From positions 1-58,896 of the forward strand of contig CAXXFK010000009.1 of NCBI GenBank assembly GCA_963663965.2: a stretch of 58,896 bases of DNA. Reading direction: 5' to 3'. Shown one piece after another: positions 1 through 9,787 of the stretch. The notes beneath the pieces are model-generated. The model did no database searches. It worked only from the letters and a program-made list of their open reading frames with translations, and was not told the DNA's origin. The translations under genes were made by a program, and so were the position numbers. Positions within the stretch are counted from its first letter, which is position 1; every line of letters starts with the position of its first letter. Source of the DNA: Sedimentisphaerales bacterium (GTDB lineage: Bacteria > Planctomycetota > Phycisphaerae > Sedimentisphaerales > SM23-30).

Positions 1-117
1 AGTTATTTATTTATAAATAATTATATTCATTAGGGGTGTTTTGAGATAGATTGATCTTCTTGGTTAACCCATTTTAATGCTTATTGTTTCCGCCATAGTA
101 TATTCGAGTGATTAACC

Positions 118-1077
118 ATGCAGCCACAAATGCGAAACAACTATTTTTATTATCTTCCCATCTCCAGATATAATATTGTCTGGGAGTTGTATTTAACCGG
201 CATTGGTTTGTGTAACAGTTTGCCTCATATGCCATATCCACCCCGTGGGCACCCGGAATTGTATGATTTCAATTGGGATAAAGGTCGCGTATTGCCTGAA
301 TATCAGGTGATTACGATATCTCAAGGTGAAGGAACCTTCGAATCGACACAAACCGGTATATGTCCAATTAAAGCCGGCCAGGTATTATTGCTATTTCCTG
401 GTGTCTGGCATAGATATCGTCCATCGGATCGTACTGGTTGGTGTGAACACTGGTTAAGCTGGAATGGGGAATATTTATATCGATTAACTCGAAGAGGATT
501 GATGTCTCCCCGGCGGCCTATTTTGGATCTGAGTGATCAACTTAACCCGGTTTTGAAGGTGCATAACAGATTGCTTGAGACGGTCAGCGGTCAATCCGCG
601 GAAAACTCTCATGTTCTGGCGGCCTGGGCACTGGAATTGCTCTCTCTGGTATTGGAAGCGGATGATCGTACTGAACGAAAACTGGAACATGAGCATACCT
701 ATCCGCATGGTATTAAAGATCCAATAGTTGGTGAGGCAGTGAAATACATCTGGTCGCATAGCTATCGTGATTTAAGTGTAACTGATCTGGTAAGGCATCT
801 GCCCGCAACTCGTCGAACCCTGGAACGAAAATTCAAACAGGAATTGGGACATTCGATTGGTACTGAAATCAAGCGTTGCCGAATTGAAAGGGCGCGTCAT
901 CTGCTGGAACAGACTCGATTGCCTATCGAACATATAGCGTTGGCGGCAGGATTTTCTGGTGCAGATCGGATGGGCAAAGTTTTTCAACAGGAAGCCCAGA
1001 CCACACCTGGTGGTTATAGAAAAAGAATTAAAAATACCACACCCGCCGATAACAGTGATTCAAATTTTGAGGAATAG
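118..1077 (+). CDS. AraC-family transcriptional regulator (N-terminal cupin ligand-binding domain, C-terminal double HTH)
   Basis: Cupin-like 'IKAGQVLLLFPGVWHRY'; AraC HTH 'RRTLERKFKQELG...RIERARHLLEQTRLPIEHIALAAGFS...FQQ...TPGGYR'. Confidence 0.92.
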   Translation: MQPQMRNNYFYYLPISRYNIVWELYLTGIGLCNSLPHMPYPPRGHPELYDFNWDKGRVLPEYQVITISQGEGTFESTQTGICPIKAGQVLLLFPGVWHRYRPSDRTGWCEHWLSWNGEYLYRLTRRGLMSPRRPILDLSDQLNPVLKVHNRLLETVSGQSAENSHVLAAWALELLSLVLEADDRTERKLEHEHTYPHGIKDPIVGEAVKYIWSHSYRDLSVTDLVRHLPATRRTLERKFKQELGHSIGTEIKRCRIERARHLLEQTRLPIEHIALAAGFSGADRMGKVFQQEAQTTPGGYRKRIKNTTPADNSDSNFEE

Positions 1078-1373
1078 ATGATCGAACACTAGGATTAGTG
1101 ATTTATGGATTGAAAAGGAGGCAAAATACCCCATAGTCGCAATGATAAAAATGAAATGAACACATTATTGAGTGGATATAACCGTCTGATTAACAATGAG
1201 ATACAATGTTTTATAAAAAAAGTGAAAAAATTGTTCGGTCAACGTCATTTTCTATCGATAGCACAGATAAGATAGTTCGACGCTATTTCGTTTAACGTTG
1301 CTTTGATCTGATAGATTATAACAGGACAAAGAGTTCTCGCAATCAAGTCCTTTAATGTGCAAACCGGTTTATT

Positions 1374-1913
1374 ATGGTAGATCAGACGTCACAAAATGAA
1401 TCTCAAAAAATGAATCAGTTCCTGCAACTCTATTCAATTCATCAAAGCCGGTTTTATGCCTACATCATCACTATCGTAGCTAATCTCGCAGATGCAGATG
1501 ATATTTTTCAGGAAACGACCACGGAAATGTGGAGGAAGTTCGATCAGTTCAGTTTGGGGAGTGATTTTGTGGCCTGGGGGATGACGATCGCACGCTATAA
1601 AATCATGGAATACCATCGTCACAGAAAGAAATCCATACTATTCGGCGATGATACGATCGAAACTCTGGAAGCCAGATTGCATCAAATGTTTGAAAATGGT
1701 AATTTTCGTATCGATGCCCTGAAATTTTGCTTAAAAAAATTATGCCACTACGATCGCTGGATTATCATGCTTCGTTATCAGGATGAATTAACCGTCAAAG
1801 CCATATCCGAACGAATAGGAAGAAATATCCAGCATGTCTATCGACTGTTGGCGCGTATCCATGATGGTTTGCGTTACTGCATTACACAAGCGATTACGCA
1901 AGAGGATGTATGA
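1374..1913 (+). CDS. ECF RNA polymerase sigma-70 factor (Rhodopirellula/Verrucomicrobium-type)
   Basis: Region 2 'ADADDIFQET...WRKFDQF..GSDFVAWGMTIARY'; region 4 'LRYQDELTVKAISERIGR'. ATGA overlap with the downstream FecR gene. Confidence 0.92.
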   Translation: MVDQTSQNESQKMNQFLQLYSIHQSRFYAYIITIVANLADADDIFQETTTEMWRKFDQFSLGSDFVAWGMTIARYKIMEYHRHRKKSILFGDDTIETLEARLHQMFENGNFRIDALKFCLKKLCHYDRWIIMLRYQDELTVKAISERIGRNIQHVYRLLARIHDGLRYCITQAITQEDV

Positions 1914-3619
1914 CCTTGGATCCGAAACAATCTCGCGAATTGACGATGAAAATCATGGCGGCCCTGGATGGCAAGCTGGATGATGAATCCCTGAATTCTC
2001 TGGCCCGAGAGGTACATGATAATCCTGATAGCCAGCAGTATTATATTGAGTTAATGGCTGTTCACTCATTATTGCGTCAGTCGCGTGGTTTTATGTCCAG
2101 TCTATTAGTAACGGAGGATACTCGGTTAGATGAAATAGGCGTTGGAAGTTTTCGTGATACCGTTGACAAAGATTTACAGGATATTACGATTCGGCGCGTT
2201 TTAAGTGGTTCGGACAAAACAGGTCATGGTAATGTCTCCGTGTTGGTCCGGCCTCGCCGTAAAATCACTACCCGGGAGTTCATGGCCGTTTTAGGACGAT
2301 TGGCCGCCATACTCGCGTTATGTTTGTCCGTACTCTGGTTTGATCGGTGGCTTCTGAGAAATGTTCCAGTACCCAAAGGAGGGGTAGAAGTAGCGATCCT
2401 TTCTAAAGTCTGTCAGGCTCGCTGGATTGGCGTTGGCCCGGAAGGAATGCTTAAAGAAGGGATTTCCCTGACAAATCGGACTTATCAATTGCAGGAAGGC
2501 TGGGCTCAGATCAACATGGATCAGGGGGCGGAAGTGATTTTGCAGGCCCCGGCCACAATCAGTCTTGAGACGGCCAATCGAGTGTTTCTTCATCAGGGTA
2601 CATTGACGGCTCGGATTACACCTGAAGCTCACGGATTTACCGTTCGATCAAACTTGTTTTGTGCGGTAGATTATGGCACGGAATTTGGAATGCAGATTTC
2701 GGATTCAGGCGGGATAGAAACCCATATTTTTGCCGGTAATGTTGATTTGCGTACTGGTAGCGATCCTTTGGTCTTTGATCGATCCCAGAGGATTCGTGCC
2801 GGATATGCGGCTCAGGCTAAACAAGATGGTGAAATCGTCGTTTCTGAACTAATTAACCGGCCAAGGTTATTCATTCGGGAACTACCTCAAGCCGGTTCCA
2901 CTGCCATTCCTGGCCGGTCGATCGATCTGGCTGATGTGATCGGTCAGGGAAATGGCTTGGGCACGGGCCATCGTGATTGGTCGATAAACATGTTTACCGG
3001 CCATAGTGGGCCCAAGCCCCGGTTTGTTAATAATGATAGCGTTAAAGATGATTCTGAAACGATGCCCAGCCGTGAACGGGTTGATCGCACGATTTTAACG
3101 GCTGTTCAGGATAATCCTTTTGTGGATTGTCTCATTATCCCGAAGGGGGCCGGTGAGGCACCCATATCAACAGCAGGCCATGTATGGGATGATTGCCCTC
3201 AGTCCAGTGGTGAAATATTTCAGCAGATTACCAATTCAAATCCGTTAAGCAAGAAACTAAGCTTGAATGACATTACATACGGGACACCAGATAAACCCGG
3301 TTTCTATATGCATTCGACTACCGGAGTGACTTTTGATCTTGTTGCGTTACGCCAGGCTTTGCCTGGGATTTCTTTTAAAGAATTTCAAACGTATTTTGGT
3401 ATTGATGATAATCAGATAATCAGTGGTCGGGTGGGACTGAATATTCTGGTGGATGGAATAGAACGTTTTGCCATTGAGGGTGAACTGCGAGGAGCCAATC
3501 CGATATCGGTTCTATTGAAACCGGATGATCGTTTCTTGACAATATTTGTTACGGATGGGGGAGATGGGACCGGTGGAGATCGATGTGTCTTTGGAAAACC
3601 TTGTCTTTTAGTGCAATAA
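1910..3619 (+). CDS. FecR-domain anti-sigma factor with C-terminal NPCBM/NEW2-like carbohydrate-binding domain
   Basis: N-terminal anti-sigma helix, one TM segment, FecR motif 'GAEVILQAPA...GFTV...VDYGTEFG...HIFAGNV', C-terminal 'FGIDD...ILVDG...LTIFVTDGGDGTGGDRCVFGKP'. Confidence 0.85.
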   Translation: MTLDPKQSRELTMKIMAALDGKLDDESLNSLAREVHDNPDSQQYYIELMAVHSLLRQSRGFMSSLLVTEDTRLDEIGVGSFRDTVDKDLQDITIRRVLSGSDKTGHGNVSVLVRPRRKITTREFMAVLGRLAAILALCLSVLWFDRWLLRNVPVPKGGVEVAILSKVCQARWIGVGPEGMLKEGISLTNRTYQLQEGWAQINMDQGAEVILQAPATISLETANRVFLHQGTLTARITPEAHGFTVRSNLFCAVDYGTEFGMQISDSGGIETHIFAGNVDLRTGSDPLVFDRSQRIRAGYAAQAKQDGEIVVSELINRPRLFIRELPQAGSTAIPGRSIDLADVIGQGNGLGTGHRDWSINMFTGHSGPKPRFVNNDSVKDDSETMPSRERVDRTILTAVQDNPFVDCLIIPKGAGEAPISTAGHVWDDCPQSSGEIFQQITNSNPLSKKLSLNDITYGTPDKPGFYMHSTTGVTFDLVALRQALPGISFKEFQTYFGIDDNQIISGRVGLNILVDGIERFAIEGELRGANPISVLLKPDDRFLTIFVTDGGDGTGGDRCVFGKPCLLVQ

Positions 3620-3715
3620 AACTAACGAATAATTGGCGAATAAGCAGATCCTGGCTGACGGGCATGTGGCTCGTTGGATGGGTCTGATGTGATTTATTTC
3701 TGAAAGGAGTGAATC

Positions 3716-5872
3716 ATGAGAAGATTCATAATCTGGACAATGTGGGTAATAATTGGATTGGTTCTGGCGCCGATGGCGCAGGCGGAACTGTTGCTGGTGG
3801 AGAATTTTGAGACGCTGACAGTGGGCAATATTGACGATCAGAATTGCTCTGGAGAGTTGGGCGGATTCTGGGATACCCAATCAAATACTACCGGGAATGC
3901 CCAGGTGGAAGACGAAGATGGCAGTCAGGTGTTGCAGTATCGCTCTCTGAACGCCGGTGGGGGTCGGGGAGCAGCCTTTGCCGGCATAACCAATCCCATT
4001 GATAATACCGAAACCGGCGTCTGCTTTTTCCGGTTTAAGGTGCGAACCGATTCCAATGGGCCGCGGTCTTTCATGGGTTTGCATGCTCTGACAGGCAACG
4101 ACCCTCTGTCAACCACCAATCCAGCTGCTGTATTCGTGGCGGGTTTTGGTGCCTTGGATGACGGCGCCGGTGGATATAATATTACGGCTTTGGATGGCAC
4201 GACCATTTTGAAAACCGGGATGGTCCGTGGAAGTCAGTGGTATAATTGCTGGATTATGGCTGATAACGCCTCGGATGTTTACGATCTGTATATTTCGGAG
4301 GCTGCCGGGCCTGGCGGGGAATTGGAATTGCCGGATCCCGAAGATATGATTCTGAGCGGCCATGATTTTGATATGGCGACTGAAGAACCGATTACCGGAG
4401 GCGCTTTTGTCTGTACCGACGATACGGTTGCTTCAGCCCGAGCGTTTGTTGATGATATTTACTGGGATGGCGACTCAGGTTTGAAGTCAAGATGGGCCAT
4501 TAATCCAACACCTGATGTGAAAGCAACAGGCGTTCCGCTAAACCAGATTCTGAGCTGGGAAGCCCCCAATGATCCTGCCATTGGCCAGATTATCAGTTAT
4601 ACGATTTATGTAGATCCCAATCAGACCAAAGTTATTGAAGGCAGCGATGTTACATGGGAGGGTGAAAACCTGACAGAGACAAGCTATGACCCAATGCCGG
4701 ATTTTGCCCTGGATACTACTTATTACTGGCGCGTCGAAACTAAACTGATCATGGCCAACGATCCCAATCAGATTCAACTGACAATACCAGGCAAACTGTG
4801 GAGTTTTACTGCGCGGTTATCCACACCGGTGTTTGAGCAGCAGCCGACCAACCTGCTGGTTGATCCGGGGGATACCGCTGAATTTACCGTAGTGGTCTCC
4901 AGTATCCGACCGGTCAGTTATACCTGGTACAAGACCCTTGACAAAGCCACTGACACTCCGGGTGACGATACCATGGTAGGTAATAGCGCGACGCTCACTA
5001 TCTCTGACGCGCAGGTCGCCCAGGAAGGCTACTATTTCTGCAAGGCCGATAATGGTGAGCCAGAATACAGCGAAGTTACTTGGCTGGGTGTCCGCCGTCT
5101 GGTGGCACACTGGACGCTGGATTCTGACAAGATAGCTGATGGTGCCTTTGTGGATGAAACCGGGGACCATCCGGCCGCAATCACCGATCCGGCCGATCCG
5201 GTTGAATTTGTCACCGGTATTATAGATGATGCTGTCGACTTCGATCCCAACAGCAATGCTATCGTGGGCGAATGGAATCCCTCAGAATTTTCCAACCAGA
5301 TCAGTATCAGCGTCTGGATAAACTGGGATGGTTCCGAACTGGATGATGTCGGTATTCCGATAATCGAGAAAATCAATGCGTGGGGATCTGACACCATGAT
5401 GTGGACATTGCGCATTCGCGCTATCGCCGACGGCAAGGCCGGTATCCGTTTCTATAACGCCAGTGATATGAGTGTCTGGCCGCGGGGCGTTATTACACCT
5501 GGCGAATGGACCCATGTCTGCGCTACCTTTGGCGATCAAAGCGCTTCCGTATATATCAACGGCATACTGGTCGAAACCGACGATACCTCGGAATTGAGCA
5601 CTGCCCTTGAGTCTGAGTTAGGCTTCCCGACAGGGACATTCCCAGGCCTGATCGATGATATCCAGGTATATAACTACTCACTGGGACTCACTGATGTAAT
5701 TGATATTTACAACGATGTGACAGGCGAGAATTTCTGCATTCTGGAATCATTCGATAATCGTTACGATTTGAGTGGGCCTCAGGGCGAACCGGATTGCAAA
5801 ATTGATATTTACGATTTTGCCGACCTGACCGCCCACTGGCTGGATTGCGGACTCTATCCCAATTGTCAATAA
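3716..5872 (+). CDS. Secreted multidomain protein: unknown head domain + Ig-like + LamG jelly-roll + dockerin-like C-terminus
   Basis: Signal peptide ending AQA; 'YYWRVE', 'EGYYFCK' (Ig-like); 'RLVAHW..D...WTHVCATF...YING...GLIDDIQVYNYSL' (LamG); 'DCKIDIYDFADLTAHWL' tail. SD GAAAGGAG upstream. Confidence 0.8.
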   Translation: MRRFIIWTMWVIIGLVLAPMAQAELLLVENFETLTVGNIDDQNCSGELGGFWDTQSNTTGNAQVEDEDGSQVLQYRSLNAGGGRGAAFAGITNPIDNTETGVCFFRFKVRTDSNGPRSFMGLHALTGNDPLSTTNPAAVFVAGFGALDDGAGGYNITALDGTTILKTGMVRGSQWYNCWIMADNASDVYDLYISEAAGPGGELELPDPEDMILSGHDFDMATEEPITGGAFVCTDDTVASARAFVDDIYWDGDSGLKSRWAINPTPDVKATGVPLNQILSWEAPNDPAIGQIISYTIYVDPNQTKVIEGSDVTWEGENLTETSYDPMPDFALDTTYYWRVETKLIMANDPNQIQLTIPGKLWSFTARLSTPVFEQQPTNLLVDPGDTAEFTVVVSSIRPVSYTWYKTLDKATDTPGDDTMVGNSATLTISDAQVAQEGYYFCKADNGEPEYSEVTWLGVRRLVAHWTLDSDKIADGAFVDETGDHPAAITDPADPVEFVTGIIDDAVDFDPNSNAIVGEWNPSEFSNQISISVWINWDGSELDDVGIPIIEKINAWGSDTMMWTLRIRAIADGKAGIRFYNASDMSVWPRGVITPGEWTHVCATFGDQSASVYINGILVETDDTSELSTALESELGFPTGTFPGLIDDIQVYNYSLGLTDVIDIYNDVTGENFCILESFDNRYDLSGPQGEPDCKIDIYDFADLTAHWLDCGLYPNCQ

Positions 5873-5927
5873 CTTGATTTTGAGTTTGCCGGTACACCTC
5901 CAGTGAACCGGTCAATAGTCATCGATA

Positions 5928-5958
5928 AGGAGAATGCCGCATGGCGCGGCATTCTCCT
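5928..5958 (+). terminator. Perfect 13-bp stem-loop after the LamG gene (terminator or mRNA-stabilising hairpin)
   Basis: AGGAGAATGCCGC-atggc-GCGGCATTCTCCT; no strong U-tract. Confidence 0.55.
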
Positions 5959-6010
5959 CTGTGCCGATTTGTCTAACAAACAATTGAGTATATTATGGAA
6001 AGAACTCGGC

Positions 6011-6782
6011 ATGAAAAAGCGTGCATTTACTCTGATCGAACTGCTGGTAGTTGTATCGATTATCGCTCTGCTGGTAGCCATTCTGATGCCGGCCCTGGGC
6101 AAAGCGCGCCAGCAGGCCCGGCGTACCGTCTGTATGACGCATCTAAAGGATATCGGAACCAGTATTGGCATGTATACTACTGAACAGAATGATTTTCTAC
6201 CTTACGACTGCAATCTGAACGGCCGCGATCTGGGCTTGCTCAATTATTGCCTGCGCTGGGAAAATGACCTTACCGGCGCCAGTCCAAACCGATGGGTCAA
6301 TCAGGGCCGTCTGTACGAAACGGGCATGGCTAAAAATCCGGAGATATTTTACTGTCCCAGCGAAAAGCCTACTTCGATCGGTTCGGATTATAAAACCTAT
6401 TGGAACGGCGGTCTGCCCCGCCCCGAGGTCGATGTTGTCGCCGATTTAACCGTACTCTTTCCATCCTGGAGTGACGGCCAGAAACGGCGTATCCGTGCCA
6501 GCTACCTAGCGCGTCCTGTTTTTAAAGGAGAAAAATCGCGAAAAAAAGATAACCGACAACCGTGACGAGGCATATCTGGCCGATCGCTGGACCTACGGCG
6601 GCACGGTGCATATGGGCGAGTATTTTAATGTATTATTTAATGACAGTCATGTGTCGGCGTATCGCGACCAGAATAAATATGTCATGGATTGCGGTGACGA
6701 TGGGGCCGGAGACAGTAAATATGATTCCGACCAGACATTTCATATTTATGAGGGGTGGAAAACTCTGGAAAACAGCTATTAA
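6011..6782 (+). CDS. Prepilin-type N-terminal cleavage/methylation domain protein (DUF1559/H-X9-DG-like); apparent frameshift at A7 6541-6547
   Basis: 'MKKRAFTLIELLVVVSIIALLVAILMPALGKARQQAR...C', 'FYCPS'. Removing one A continues the frame to 'HMGEYFNVLFNDSHV' and TAA at 6780-6782. Confidence 0.85.
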
Positions 6783-6906
6783 GAGCCTCTCTGCGAAGCC
6801 GCATTTTGTAAGGGCGCATTCATGCCAGCGCGATTAGGCAAACGCTGCTTTGTCGGCTGGACGATAATATAAAAACACTTGAACCAACTTCCGGCAAAGG
6901 AGATGT

Positions 6907-8592
6907 ATGTTTGTAGCAAGAAAACGCTGGGAAAATAACCGGCTTCTATTATTTCTGATATTTGGGCTGGTATTGTTAGTCGCCCAGGCAAATTTATGGG
7001 GTCAGGAAAGCGCCTTGGTCTATAGCGGACCGGACGGACGACTGCTCTATCGTTACTATGCCAATCAGGGCGAAGGCCTGGCGATAAATTCTCTGCCGGA
7101 TTTTTCCAGTTGTGGATATGGTGGTGGCGGGATTCCGATTCCGCCTGTTCCCACTGTCATGACGATTACCCCCGTCGAGGGCGATAATACCCTCCATATT
7201 CAGGCCGCGCTGGATAGTGTCTCGGCCCGTCAACCGGACCAGAATGGTTTCCGCGGCGCATTGCTGCTGCGTGCAGGCCGATACCCGGTGGCCGGGCCGT
7301 TGCGGATCGAAGCTGACGGAGTAGTCCTGCGCGGCGAAGGCCAGGACAAGCTGGGCACCATTCTGGAAGCAACTACCCCGACCGACTATACCGTTATTAC
7401 TGTTGGAACAGGCAGCGGCAGTTACGCACCTCTGAGCAATACTACTCAACCGATCACTACAGCATATGTGCCGACCGGGGCGACTGGCTTCAGCGTTAGC
7501 AGTACCGAAGGATTTACCGTCGGAGACATTATTGCAGTAGTACGCAGCCCCAACGATTTCTGGATCGACGATCTGGACATGCGTCAATGGGGTTGGACAC
7601 CCGGATCATATACTATCGAACATGAACGGACGATCACAGCCATATACGGCAATACACTTAAAATCTCACCTCCGCTGGTCGATGTCATACAGGACAAATA
7701 CGGCGGCGGCTACATTTATAAACTAGCGCCCATCCGCCGGACAAACCTTTGCGGCGTCGAGAATCTTCGCTTGGAATCCTGTTATGCCGGCAATACGGAT
7801 GAGAACCACCCTTGGAACGCAATCCGGCTCAGATATCTGGAAAATGGCTGGGTTAGGGGCGTGACGGCCGTCTATTTTGCCTATGCCTGTGTCAATGTCG
7901 GTGATTATTGCCGTTACAATACCGTTGAGGATTGCGCCATGCTGAGTCCAAAATCCCAGATAACCGGGGGACGCCGCTATTCTTTCAATATTGAAAGTAC
8001 CGCCACCAGAACATTGTTTCAACGCTGTTTTTCTCAACAGGGCCGTCATGATTTTGTTGCGGGTTCTCGGACCCGCGGCCCCAATGCCTTTGTGGATTGT
8101 ATCGCCGATCAGTCTTATGCTGATAGCGGTCCGCATCATCGCTGGTCCACAGGAATTCTTCTGGACAATGTCTGGGATAGTAGCGCCCTGGCCGTAGAAA
8201 ACCGTGGACCCAGCGGCACCGGACACGGTTGGTCCGGCTCTCAAATTGTCTTCTGGAATTGTAAAGCGCAAACCCAGAAATGTGACGCCCCTAAAGGCGC
8301 TATGAATTTCGCGATTGGTTCCAAAGCCCAAAAAACCGAGGGCAGCTGGTTTCCGGCAGAACCGTTTGGCTGGTGGGAACTTGATGACCAGGATGTGATA
8401 CCTCGAAGTTTATATTTGGCCCAATTGAAGGATCGGGCTGGCATGGAGGCAATCGACCACATTACGATGCCTGAGCAGACTTACCGGAATATCTGGTCTG
8501 AGTTGGTTAACTGGGCTGGAAAAGATAGATTGCAACAACCCCCCGATTCAAATGAATACCCCACAAGAGGTGACATTGAATGTTGGGCATGA
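6907..8592 (+). CDS. Secreted right-handed beta-helix (pectate-lyase-like) enzyme; N-terminal part of a gene continuing to 9682
   Basis: Signal peptide; 'LPDFSSCGYGGG', 'DNTLHIQAALD', 'GVVLRGEG', 'SGPHHRWSTGILLDN', 'GHGWSG'. Joins the next ORF if one C is removed from C6 at 8539-8544. Confidence 0.75.
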   Translation: MFVARKRWENNRLLLFLIFGLVLLVAQANLWGQESALVYSGPDGRLLYRYYANQGEGLAINSLPDFSSCGYGGGGIPIPPVPTVMTITPVEGDNTLHIQAALDSVSARQPDQNGFRGALLLRAGRYPVAGPLRIEADGVVLRGEGQDKLGTILEATTPTDYTVITVGTGSGSYAPLSNTTQPITTAYVPTGATGFSVSSTEGFTVGDIIAVVRSPNDFWIDDLDMRQWGWTPGSYTIEHERTITAIYGNTLKISPPLVDVIQDKYGGGYIYKLAPIRRTNLCGVENLRLESCYAGNTDENHPWNAIRLRYLENGWVRGVTAVYFAYACVNVGDYCRYNTVEDCAMLSPKSQITGGRRYSFNIESTATRTLFQRCFSQQGRHDFVAGSRTRGPNAFVDCIADQSYADSGPHHRWSTGILLDNVWDSSALAVENRGPSGTGHGWSGSQIVFWNCKAQTQKCDAPKGAMNFAIGSKAQKTEGSWFPAEPFGWWELDDQDVIPRSLYLAQLKDRAGMEAIDHITMPEQTYRNIWSELVNWAGKDRLQQPPDSNEYPTRGDIECWA

Positions 8593-9682
8593 CCTGAAAT
8601 TTTACCTTGTTCCTCTGGATAACGCTATTATTTCTTATCATTGGTATGAAATACAGGGTAGCCAATATCTTCCTGTGGGTGAAAACCTGCCCGTACTGAC
8701 CATCCCGCAGGTGCAATCTGATGATCTGGGACGTTCCTTTTTCTGTCGGATCATTACTCCAAAAGGACCTTACTGGTCGAAAATTGCCAGGATCGTTCCC
8801 TTGAGAACGGACTTAAATAAAGATCATCGGATCGACAATCTGGATTTTAATATAATCAGTTCCCAATGGTTATCCGATGGTTCGGCTACCCCATCGGCTA
8901 ATATTGTGAATGATCTGCATGCCAATTGCGTGGATCAGGAAGATTTAGCGATATTGATTCAAGAGTGGACCCTGCTAGAGCAAGCTGGAGTTCCCCAACT
9001 GCTAGCCGGATTTGATACCTATGAATTGAACGGCAAACTGGACGGGATGCCTTTGGATGGTATTATGGGAGGAGTATGGGATACTCATGCCGAAGAAACA
9101 GGCAATTGTGTGGTAGAGTTAAGGGATGGGAGTCAGGTCCTGCGTTTTATGTCGTTGTCCACCGGGGAGGGTAGAGGGATTGCTTTCAATAATATCGATA
9201 ATCCGATCGAAAACAATGAGCGGGGTATGCTTTTCTTTCGATTTTTAATTCGTGCCGATTCTCAAACCCCCAGAAGTTTCTTTGGCTTGCATGACCGGAC
9301 CGGAAGTAATCCCCTGACATCAACCAATCCGCTGGATACCATTGTGGCGGGATTTGGCGTCCTGGAAGAAAATGAAAACCGGTTTAGCATAACATCGATC
9401 AATGGAACAGATACGTTTAAAAGCGGGTTGTTACGTGACCAATGGTATGATTGCTGGATTGTTGTAGATAATAGCGCTGACCTGTTTGGTGTTTATCTTT
9501 CTGAGGCGGAGAGTTTAGGCAGTCCTCCGTCTATGCCCAGGGATCAGGACTCGATTGCAAAAGAACGCGGATTTGATCTCAAGACGAATAACCCGATTAC
9601 CGGAGCCGCTTTTATCTGTCCGGCCGGTGACATACAATCTTCGCGAACCTATATCGATGATATTTACTGGGGGGGAAAGTAA
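8552..9682 (+). CDS. C-terminal part of the beta-helix enzyme: Ig-like + dockerin-like double repeat + copy of the 3716-gene head domain
   Basis: No signal peptide or clear RBS; 'DLNKDHRIDNLDF...WL', 'CVDQEDLAILIQEW'. The last ~230 aa align by eye with aa ~25-252 of the 3716 protein. Confidence 0.7.
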   Translation: MNTPQEVTLNVGHDLKFYLVPLDNAIISYHWYEIQGSQYLPVGENLPVLTIPQVQSDDLGRSFFCRIITPKGPYWSKIARIVPLRTDLNKDHRIDNLDFNIISSQWLSDGSATPSANIVNDLHANCVDQEDLAILIQEWTLLEQAGVPQLLAGFDTYELNGKLDGMPLDGIMGGVWDTHAEETGNCVVELRDGSQVLRFMSLSTGEGRGIAFNNIDNPIENNERGMLFFRFLIRADSQTPRSFFGLHDRTGSNPLTSTNPLDTIVAGFGVLEENENRFSITSINGTDTFKSGLLRDQWYDCWIVVDNSADLFGVYLSEAESLGSPPSMPRDQDSIAKERGFDLKTNNPITGAAFICPAGDIQSSRTYIDDIYWGGK

Positions 9683-9787
9683 TCCGTTATCTTGCAGGCT
9701 GACTATTATTCCTGATGGTGATCACTGTTTAAGAATCGTATTGATTCAGGATTAGTATGATCCTTTAAAATTAATTGAGAGATATTG

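Noticed and set aside
1078..1373. Shared ECF promoter motif upstream of the two sigma genes (compared with 44814-45130)
   Set aside because: Both regions are AT-rich, but I found no convincing common motif by eye.
5903..6010. Upstream extension of the prepilin ORF (GTG start at 5903)
   Set aside because: It overlaps a 13-bp hairpin; the typical short leader MKKRAFTLIELL begins at ATG 6011.
6562..6837. 91-aa ORF after the prepilin gene
   Set aside because: Wrong frame; the motif-bearing continuation is in another frame ending at 6782.
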